This document shows positions 56,850 through 64,000 of a stretch of DNA of 64,000 nucleotides, piece by piece. The first letter of the stretch is position 1. The number at the start of each line of letters is the position of its first letter. The stretch comes from Candidatus Eiseniibacteriota bacterium (GTDB lineage Bacteria > Eisenbacteria > RBG-16-71-46 > CAVPCR01), in NCBI GenBank assembly GCA_963823555.1, contig CAWGMA010000002.1, positions 32,001 to 96,000 of the forward strand. The letters run 5' to 3'. The notes under the pieces are model-generated. The model did not search any database. It was given only the letters and a program-made list of their open reading frames with translations, and was not told the origin of the DNA. Position numbers and translations under genes: made by a program.

Positions 56850-58538
56850 ATGATGCCTGGTCATCCACGCTACCATCCGGACCGCTTCTATCGCTACGCC
56901 GAGCTCGTCCAGTTTCTGCGCGCCGTCCACCGGGCTCACCCCCGACTCACCCGTCTCAGCTCGATCGGCAAGAGCTATCAGGGGCGGGATCTCCATGTCA
57001 TCGAGATCTCCCAGCGGGACCGCGGACGTCCCGAGGAGAAACCGGCCTACTGGATCGACGCCAATATCCACGCCACGGAGCTGACCGGCTCGGCGACCGC
57101 GCTCTATACCATCGACTACTTGACCCGCCGCTATGGTGCCGATCCCGAGATCACCGAGCTCCTCGATACGCGCACGATCTACATCCTGCCCCGTCTTTCG
57201 CCCGACGGTGCCGAGCACTGCCTCACCACCGGGGAGTACGTTCGCTCGAGCGTGAGACCGTTTCCCTACGATGACATGCCCGAGGGGCTTCGTCCTGCCG
57301 ATATCGACGGTGATGGCGAGATCGTGCAGATGCGGGTCCCCGATCCCCTTGGCGAATGGACGGTCTCGGCCAAGGACCCACGGCTCATGCGCCGCCGTCG
57401 CCCGGGCGAGTCGAACGGGGAATTCTACCGCCTCCTCCGCGAGGGAGTGTTCGAGCGCTTCGACGGTTTCCACCAGCCCGTGCCCGCTTCGCGCTACGGG
57501 CTGGACCTCAATCGCAACTGGCCCTACAACTGGGCGCCATCACACCGGCAGCGCGGGGCCGGCCCGATGCCGCTTTCAGAGCCGGAAACGCGCGCGGTGG
57601 CCGATTTCATCGTCGCTCATCGCAACATCACGGGGGTCACGACCTTTCATACCTTCTCGGGCGTGATCATCCGACCTTACTCCGATCGGCCCGACAAGGA
57701 AATGCCAGTCCATGACCGGCTGGCCTTCGAGGCCATCGCCCAGCGCGGCGCCCGCCTCTCCGGCTACCCGCTGGTCTCCTGCTACCACAAGTTCACGTAC
57801 GAAGAGGGGAAGCCGATCGTCGGAGTCTTCGACGACTGGGCCTACGACCATCGCGGTGTCTTCACCTACACGATCGAGCTCTGGAGCCCGGCCCATGCGG
57901 CCGGAGTCGAGGTCAAGGACTACATCGCCTTCCTGAAAGAGCTCCCGGAAGACGACATGCTCAAGTTCCTCAAGTGGAACGACGAAACGCTCGCCGGCGA
58001 GGGATTCCGGGACTGGAGGCCCTTCCGCCACCCGCAGCTCGGACCTGTGGAGATCGGCGGCTGGCGCTGGCTCCATGTCTGGTCGAATCCGCCGCGGCAA
58101 ATGCTCGAGGAGGTCTGCCGCGCCAACATGTACTTCACGCTGGTGCACGCCGCTTCCTCGCCCTGCCTCCGCATCGCCGAGTTCACGGCGATGGAGCTGG
58201 CGCCCGGACTGCGTAAGGTCACCGTGGTCGTCGAGAACACCGGATACCTGCCCACCCATGTGAGCCAGATCGCGCTCGACCGCCATCTGGTGCGGCCGGT
58301 CGTCGTGGATCTCGCGCTGGCGCGCGGCGCGGAGCTCCTGATCGGCAAGCAGCGAACCGAGATCGGTCACCTCGCCGGGACCGGCCTCATCGACGAGTGG
58401 GAATCCTCACGCTTCACCGATGGCATCTCGCGGGGGAATCGCGCCCGCGTCGAATGGCTCGTGCGCGGGGACGGACCGCTCGCGGTCGAGGTGAAGAGCG
58501 AGCGGGCCGGCGTCATGCGCGCTCTGATCGGCGGCTGA
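56850..58538 (+). CDS. M14 zinc carboxypeptidase
   Basis: IHATE (HxxE), DLNRNWP, SEPET, FHT, DDWAY, TIELW; SD GGAGGA. Confidence 0.92.
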   Translation: MMPGHPRYHPDRFYRYAELVQFLRAVHRAHPRLTRLSSIGKSYQGRDLHVIEISQRDRGRPEEKPAYWIDANIHATELTGSATALYTIDYLTRRYGADPEITELLDTRTIYILPRLSPDGAEHCLTTGEYVRSSVRPFPYDDMPEGLRPADIDGDGEIVQMRVPDPLGEWTVSAKDPRLMRRRRPGESNGEFYRLLREGVFERFDGFHQPVPASRYGLDLNRNWPYNWAPSHRQRGAGPMPLSEPETRAVADFIVAHRNITGVTTFHTFSGVIIRPYSDRPDKEMPVHDRLAFEAIAQRGARLSGYPLVSCYHKFTYEEGKPIVGVFDDWAYDHRGVFTYTIELWSPAHAAGVEVKDYIAFLKELPEDDMLKFLKWNDETLAGEGFRDWRPFRHPQLGPVEIGGWRWLHVWSNPPRQMLEEVCRANMYFTLVHAASSPCLRIAEFTAMELAPGLRKVTVVVENTGYLPTHVSQIALDRHLVRPVVVDLALARGAELLIGKQRTEIGHLAGTGLIDEWESSRFTDGISRGNRARVEWLVRGDGPLAVEVKSERAGVMRALIGG

Positions 58539-58545
58539 GGGCGGG

Positions 58546-58920
58546 CTATGCCAGCCGCACCTTGATCCGGCCGACCGCCGCGACCACCCGGAGCAGGGTC
58601 GGGTCATCGACGAGGCGACCGACCGGGTTGACCTCACTGGCCGGGACCGGGCGGTCTCCCCCGCTTGCCGGCGTCGGTCCGTAGAAGATCGCGAGCGCCT
58701 TTCCCTCCGGCCAGTAGCCGAGATCGCCGACGCTCACCGTGAGCGTGCTGGTCTCGTCGATCGGCATGTCGACGGCAATCGGGAAGTAGTACTCATCTCC
58801 CCAGGTGGAGAATTCGCAGTCGATCGGCAATGCCTTGGCGATGGCCTTGGCGGTCGGCGTGTCCGAGAGCTCGGCCCTGAGCTTGAGGTTCCCGACCTCG
58901 ATGACGATGGGCGTGGACAT
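58546..58920 (-). CDS. Cyclophilin-like fold protein (TM1367/DUF369 type)
   Basis: LP.....WGDEYYF, GDLGYWP.G.ALAIFYG.TP.S, P.S.VN. Confidence 0.88.
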   Translation of the reverse strand: MSTPIVIEVGNLKLRAELSDTPTAKAIAKALPIDCEFSTWGDEYYFPIAVDMPIDETSTLTVSVGDLGYWPEGKALAIFYGPTPASGGDRPVPASEVNPVGRLVDDPTLLRVVAAVGRIKVRLA

Positions 58921-59157
58921 GGCTGCATCGTATCAGGGGCTCACGGTCGTGTCATGCCGTTCCCCCCCGGGACTCGTGCACGGAAGCGCGCGTTGCAGAA
59001 TGCGCGCCGTGCCGCCTGGAGGTCCCAAGGCCTTCGGAGCGCGGCACTTGAAAGCGGGCAACAAGCCATGTCCGCCGGTACGCGTCTTGCACGAGTTGCT
59101 GCGTCGGCCCGCATCCGGTCACGATACGGCCGGTTTCATCACGCCGGTGAGTTTCCC

Positions 59158-59685
59158 ATGCCCCATTCCTCATCACGCATCACGAGTCGAACCTGCGCGA
59201 CGGGTCACGCACGTCGAGCGGGGCTCGATGCCGGTCGACTCGCTCTCGCTGCCCTGAGCCTGGTCGCGCTGGGCTGCGCTTCGCCACCTGAGGGTGCGAC
59301 CTCCACCCGCGAGGCGGGAACACAGACTCCGGCGAACTGGGACCCGCCATCCTCGGCGCCGCCGCATGGTTATGGTGCCGTCCGGGGCCGGGTGCTTCCG
59401 GAAGGAGTGGAGGCGATCGTCCATCTTCGCCCCGAAGGCGACTCCGCCCGGGGGCGCACCCAGACCTTCTCGGACCCGACGACCGGCGAGTTTGCCGCCG
59501 ATGATCTCCCGACGAGCGTCTATCACGTCGAGGTTCGTCCTCTCGATCCCGTGTTCGAGGCGCGCTTCTTCAGTGGTGTCGTGGTGCCCTGGGACGGTGT
59601 CAGCGATCTGGGGACGGTCGATTTCAGACGGGGGGCCGCCGAACCGGCGGGAGACTCGTCGGATGCGGCTCGACCCGACCCCTAG
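59158..59685 (+). CDS. Putative lipoprotein with carboxypeptidase-regulatory-like beta-sandwich
   Basis: Lipobox ALGC; G.V.G.V.P...TGEF...LP...Y.V; start uncertain. Confidence 0.6.
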   Translation: MPHSSSRITSRTCATGHARRAGLDAGRLALAALSLVALGCASPPEGATSTREAGTQTPANWDPPSSAPPHGYGAVRGRVLPEGVEAIVHLRPEGDSARGRTQTFSDPTTGEFAADDLPTSVYHVEVRPLDPVFEARFFSGVVVPWDGVSDLGTVDFRRGAAEPAGDSSDAARPDP

Positions 59686-59749
59686 CCTTCTTCCTCCGTT
59701 CCCGCTCGGGGCCCTTCCATCCCGCCACGCGCCGACGTACGCTCCCGGC

Positions 59750-60100
59750 ATGAAGGAACACGGTCACGGGGACGAGCCCGCTCCGGGTGAGCCGGATGCC
59801 ATGGATGAAGGGCCCGGGACACTGGACGATGCCGTCGAGATCCCGATCGAGGACGCTCTCGATCTTCATCTGTTCAGTCCACGAGATGTGAAGCCCGTCG
59901 TCGAGGAGTATCTCTACCAGTGCCGGGCGCGTGGCCTTGCCGAGGTGAGGATCATCCACGGGCGCGGGACCGGCACGCAGCGCGAGATCGTGCGCGCCAC
60001 GCTGTCGCGGAGCGCTCACGTGGTGTCGTTTGCCGATGCCCCCGCCGAGCGCGGCGGCTGGGGGGCCACCGTCGTCAGGCTGCGAGCGGGATCTCCGTGA
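59750..60100 (+). CDS. Stand-alone Smr-domain protein
   Basis: LDLH, VRIIHGRG.G, GGWGAT.V.L. Confidence 0.9.
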   Translation: MKEHGHGDEPAPGEPDAMDEGPGTLDDAVEIPIEDALDLHLFSPRDVKPVVEEYLYQCRARGLAEVRIIHGRGTGTQREIVRATLSRSAHVVSFADAPAERGGWGATVVRLRAGSP

Positions 60101-60164
60101 AGCCCTGCGGTCGATCCGGAGGCGCCGTCGGCTCGATTCCAGTGCCGCGCTCTAGGGGGCTTGG

Positions 60165-61514
60165 ATGAGCGCACGTTCCATTCTCTATGCGGCCGTGATC
60201 GTGCTCGCGCTGGCCACGGCCGGGATGCTGGCGCGGATCGAGCCGTTCGGGAGCTGGTACTACCTCTTCGCCTGGTACGCGACGATCGTGATCGCCGATG
60301 CCTGGACGCATCAGCGCCAGCGGCGCGAGCCGCTCTTGATCGTCCGTCCGGCGGTCATGATCTCCCTCTTCGCCTGGTCGGCTGTCATCTGGTTCAGCTT
60401 CGAGCTGTGGAATCTGCGGCTCGAGAACTGGTACTACGTGAATGTCCCCGACGCCCGCTGGCTGCGCTGGGCGGGCACCATCCTCGCTTTCGCCACGGTC
60501 CTTCCCGGGCTCTTCTTCGTGACCCGCCTCCTCGGTACCTTCGGTGTCGGCGCTGGCGTCCGCACCCGACCCTTCCGCTTGAAGCCCGTGCACCTCTGGA
60601 TGCTCGTCGGTCTGGGCGCGATCTCGGTCCTTCTCGTTCTCGTCTGGCCGCGCACGTATTTCCCCCTGGTATGGGGCATCGCCTTCTTTCTCATCGCGCC
60701 GCTCAATCATCGCTTCAGTCAGCGCGGTCTCTTGCGGGAGATCGCGGCCGGCAAGTGGGGTCTGCCGCTCCGCCTCCTCCTCGCCGGCGCCATCTGCGGG
60801 TTCCTGTGGGAGCTCTTCAACATCAGTGCCCGGGCCAAGTGGATCTACACGGTGCCCGGCTTCGAGGAACTCAAGCTGTTCGAGATGCCGGTGCTGGGAT
60901 TCCTGGGGTTCCCGCCCTTTGCCCTGGAGTGCTACGAGATGTATCGCGCGGTGGTGATGGTCGGTCTGGCCCGGGACTGGGAGTCGGGCCCGCCGGCTGA
61001 TCGCTCTCCCCTGGGGTCAGCTCCCACCCGCACGCATCCAGTCGCCGCGGTGCTCATCGCGCCGGCGATGATCGCATTCTGCATCTTGAGCCTCGGACTC
61101 ATGGACCAGAGGACCGTGGACTCGATGATTCCCCGTCCCGCTGATCTCACCCTGGTCGCGGCCCGACCCGAGCTCGGCGCGCGTATCGCCGAGCTCGGTA
61201 TCCGTGATGTGGCGAAGCTGGAGAAGTTGCTCGAGCAAGGCGACTCGGCGGAGCGCCTGGGCGTCTCTCCCGAGATGCGGGCGCGACTCGACGCGCAGGT
61301 GGAGCTCGTGTTGCTCCGTGGTATCGGGACGGCGAACGCAAGTCGTCTGGCCGCGGTCGGGGTCAATGACGTCGCCGAGCTGGCGCGCACCGATGCCGCG
61401 GGGCTCGAGGGCTGGATGCGGGCGGCGGATCCGCAATTCGAGCCGCGTCCGGCCCGGCTCCGCGTCTGGATCCGGGCCGCCCAGGAACGGATGGCGGCGA
61501 GCGGCGTCCGCTAG
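60165..61514 (+). CDS. Polytopic membrane protein with C-terminal helix-hairpin-helix (DUF4332-like) domain
   Basis: Many TM helices with repeated FELWN...W.Y / WELFN...W.Y; L.GIG...A..L...GV. Confidence 0.75.
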   Translation: MSARSILYAAVIVLALATAGMLARIEPFGSWYYLFAWYATIVIADAWTHQRQRREPLLIVRPAVMISLFAWSAVIWFSFELWNLRLENWYYVNVPDARWLRWAGTILAFATVLPGLFFVTRLLGTFGVGAGVRTRPFRLKPVHLWMLVGLGAISVLLVLVWPRTYFPLVWGIAFFLIAPLNHRFSQRGLLREIAAGKWGLPLRLLLAGAICGFLWELFNISARAKWIYTVPGFEELKLFEMPVLGFLGFPPFALECYEMYRAVVMVGLARDWESGPPADRSPLGSAPTRTHPVAAVLIAPAMIAFCILSLGLMDQRTVDSMIPRPADLTLVAARPELGARIAELGIRDVAKLEKLLEQGDSAERLGVSPEMRARLDAQVELVLLRGIGTANASRLAAVGVNDVAELARTDAAGLEGWMRAADPQFEPRPARLRVWIRAAQERMAASGVR

Positions 61515-61535
61515 CATCCATCGCGGGCAAGAAGG

Positions 61536-61566
61536 AGGGGGTGATACGCATCGCGTATCACCCCCT
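61536..61566. terminator. Perfect 14-bp stem, 3-nt loop hairpin between convergent genes
   Basis: agggggtgatacgc-atc-gcgtatcaccccct. Confidence 0.7.
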
Positions 61567-61591
61567 TCGATTCGTTCGTTGCCGGCAGCTG

Positions 61592-63433
61592 CTAGCGTAC
61601 GATGGCGAGGCGCGTGACCTCGCCCGCGGTCGCTCCGTCCACGCTCAGGCGCAGGAAGTAGACGCCGTTCGGGGCCAGCTCTCCCGCGGCCGTGCGACCA
61701 TCCCACGACAGGGCGTGCTCGCCGCCGGTCTGGACGCCGCGGTCGAGACGGCGGACGAGCCGGCCGTCCGGCGCGTAGATCGCAATCTCGACGTCGGCGC
61801 TCTGCGGCAGCTCGTAGCGCAGCATGGCCGGGCCCAGCGTCGGATTGGGGCTGGCCTGGAGGCCGGCGAGTCGTGGCATGGGTGCTGAGGGCTCGACCGG
61901 AATCGGACCGGCCGACTCCGTGATGTCGTCGACGCTGATATGGGCGGCCGGATCGCGGTCGACGATTTCCAGATAGGCACGCACGCCGACGTACGCGTTC
62001 AGACCCGTCCAGGTGCGCTCGGTCATCACCTCGCTGCCCGAGCCGGTTGCCGTGCGGAGCGGGGTCCCGGTCGTCGAGTCGACGAGGGCGACGTAGCAGG
62101 TGGGCGAGATCGGGCCGCCCACCCACAGGATCATGTCCCCGCCCCCGATCGTGAACGACTTCGAGCGCAGCACTCCGGTGTAGCTCTCGTCGGGGCTACA
62201 GGTGGGGCAGCCCCCCCCATACGGGCCGCTGTCGTTCTCGGATGTGTTCACCCAGAACAGCCCGTCCACGTTGGAGCGCGGCCCGCCGCGCCCTGCCGGC
62301 CGATCGCGATAGGTGGGCATGGCGCCCAGCTGGCCCTCGACGATCGTCCAGTTGAGATAGAAGCGGTTGAAGGGCAGGACGAGCGGGCCGTTCTGCGTCC
62401 ACGACAGGTCGTCGATGATCACCGCCCTGGCCTCGAGGTTGGCCTGGGTGATGAAGTCGACGGCATGCGAGTAGAGGTAGGAGCTGCCGAGGTCGGTGAT
62501 CTCGCTGGAGATGGCATTCTGGTCGAAGACGGTATCGGTCGTGATCGTCCAGCCCTGGTCGATCTGGCTCGAGGTCAGGCGGTGCACGCCGCCGGGCTCG
62601 ATCTGCCGGGCATAGAACAGGTTCCAGAGGTTGGTCACCGGGTTCCGGTTCATGTGGCTCGATGCCATCAGGCTCGAGTGGTTGTTCATGACCAGGGGGC
62701 GACCGATGTCGGTCCAGTTGAGGCCATCGGTGGAGGTGGCCATGGCGATGGCCCCCTTGGCTTCTTGACCCAGGTATCCGGAGCGCGTGCTGGCGCTCGC
62801 CAGCATCACGAACTGAGCCCCGTTCTTGAAGATGAACGGGTCACGGCAGTTCTGCCAGGTCGAGTCGGGGTGCCATGCCGCCCACACCGTGCTCGGCCGG
62901 AAGGCGCCATCGGTCACCGAGATATCCGTCCAGGCGTAGAGGTCGGACGATACCGCGAGCCCGACCTGCTGATTGCGGAGCGAATCCACGCCGGTGTACG
63001 CCATGATATAGGGCCAGGTCGTCTGACCGACGGTGACATCGGCGCGGAGGACGTGGGGCGCCCACACGTTGCGGGCCTTCCATCCGTTCGGGATGTCGAT
63101 GGGCAGGATGCGAGGCTCGGTCGTCCAGTGGATGAGATCGGTCGACGTGGCGTGTCCGAGGTCGATCTCGTTGCCGGGGAGGTTCCACCCCTCGCCGGCG
63201 AAACCCACCGAGTAGAACAGATGGTACACGCCGTCGGTGTGGCGGATCAGCGAGTGATCCTTGGCGTAGAGCTCGGGGGCCTCGGCGAAGACCCGCATCT
63301 CGAAATCATCCTTGAAGACGGCTCCTGCCGGTAGCGGCAGCAGCATGCCTGCGGCGACAAGGAGGCTGGCGCCGACGATCATGGTGCGGATGGACCTGTT
63401 CGCTCCGAGAAGGCTGAAACGCGCGGTGCGCAT
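61592..63433 (-). CDS. Secreted five-bladed propeller glycoside hydrolase (GH32/43 clan-like) with C-terminal FlgD-Ig-like domain
   Basis: YHLFY, GHATS.DL.HW, WAPHV, RDPF; TGVLRS..FTI accessory module; SPNP...WDGR...GVYFLRL. Confidence 0.8.
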   Translation of the reverse strand: MRTARFSLLGANRSIRTMIVGASLLVAAGMLLPLPAGAVFKDDFEMRVFAEAPELYAKDHSLIRHTDGVYHLFYSVGFAGEGWNLPGNEIDLGHATSTDLIHWTTEPRILPIDIPNGWKARNVWAPHVLRADVTVGQTTWPYIMAYTGVDSLRNQQVGLAVSSDLYAWTDISVTDGAFRPSTVWAAWHPDSTWQNCRDPFIFKNGAQFVMLASASTRSGYLGQEAKGAIAMATSTDGLNWTDIGRPLVMNNHSSLMASSHMNRNPVTNLWNLFYARQIEPGGVHRLTSSQIDQGWTITTDTVFDQNAISSEITDLGSSYLYSHAVDFITQANLEARAVIIDDLSWTQNGPLVLPFNRFYLNWTIVEGQLGAMPTYRDRPAGRGGPRSNVDGLFWVNTSENDSGPYGGGCPTCSPDESYTGVLRSKSFTIGGGDMILWVGGPISPTCYVALVDSTTGTPLRTATGSGSEVMTERTWTGLNAYVGVRAYLEIVDRDPAAHISVDDITESAGPIPVEPSAPMPRLAGLQASPNPTLGPAMLRYELPQSADVEIAIYAPDGRLVRRLDRGVQTGGEHALSWDGRTAAGELAPNGVYFLRLSVDGATAGEVTRLAIVR

Positions 63434-63673
63434 GAATTCGATTCCCTGGTGGTCTGGTGTTCTACCCCGGGTGGGGAGAGATTGGCGGCCTGCGCTCATC
63501 CAGGTGGGGTGATGAGCGCGAGCAGTGTCGAGTGCCTGCGGTGTACCTTGGCGAGGGTCAGGTGCGAGCGGTCGATCGTGTGGTCTCGCACCTTACGGGA
63601 TCGAAACCTGAGGGTTCCGGGGCTGCGGGCGGGACTGGCACCGCGGCCTTCGGCACCCTTCACGTACCTCATA

Positions 63674-63702
63674 AGACTAAGCTCAGCGGGGGTGGTCGTC
63701 AA
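63674..63702 (-). promoter_or_regulatory. Sigma70 promoter TTGACG-17-TAGTCT for the glycoside hydrolase gene
   Basis: Near-consensus hexamers with exact 17-bp spacing on the minus strand. Confidence 0.65.
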
Positions 63703-64000
63703 GAGAGGGGCGCCGCTACTCGAGTCCGCCGCGCGTCGTGGGGAAATTCACCCCGTCCTCTGTCTCGGTCCGGGTCTCTCCAGCATCCGGAATGGGACAG
63801 ATTGTCTGCCCTGATCGGTCCCATGAGCGGCAACCAGGGTGCCGCAGGAACCAGAATGGCACCGGCCGGGCAGGGTCCAGCGGCCAAATCCGAGAGCGAA
63901 TCAGGCCGGTGGATGTCCGGGGAGCCCCGGCCGCCACAAGGGACAGGGCGGGACCTCGCCATCGTCGGCGGTGGGGCCGGGGTCGAACGTCATCACGCAG

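Noticed and set aside
63590..63660. tRNA (GGTTTCGATCCC resembles a T-loop) or a canonical glycine/cobalamin riboswitch
   Set aside because: No cloverleaf; the GGAGA (glycine) and AGGGAA/B12-box (cobalamin) conserved cores are missing.

Overview
This is a gene-dense, very GC-rich bacterial chromosome segment with about 58 protein-coding genes. I see no rRNA, tRNA, CRISPR array, transposase or integrase. Three secreted proteins end in a 'PNP...WDGR...GxYFxRL' FlgD-Ig-like tail, which suggests an FCB-group candidate phylum such as Eisenbacteria, Latescibacterota or Krumholzibacteriota (inference). In order, the window holds: a co-oriented run of small enzymes (1-8.1 kb); an FG-GAP protein-rtcA-mscS unit; a large DUF222-like HNH nuclease; a udg-pdxA-ftsE-ftsX-envC operon; a tricorn-like probable pseudo-protease; a UbiA + type III PKS + methyltransferase + FAD-oxidoreductase cluster divergent from yceI; a frameshifted divergent transketolase; ABC-F, MltF-like and M16 peptidase genes; UDP-GlcA decarboxylase followed by a protein strikingly like animal biliverdin reductase A; a DinB/GNAT-PspC/LeuDH/PhzF/PaaI/DUF2087/ADP-ribosylhydrolase run; PPi-type PFK; an M14 peptidase; Smr; and a secreted glycoside hydrolase. 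The best leads are the BVR-A-like enzyme, the possible prenylated-polyketide (quinone-like) pathway, the internally duplicated HNH protein and recurring leaderless-type promoters. All family assignments come from motifs recognised by eye. No database searches were run, and many start codons are best guesses.
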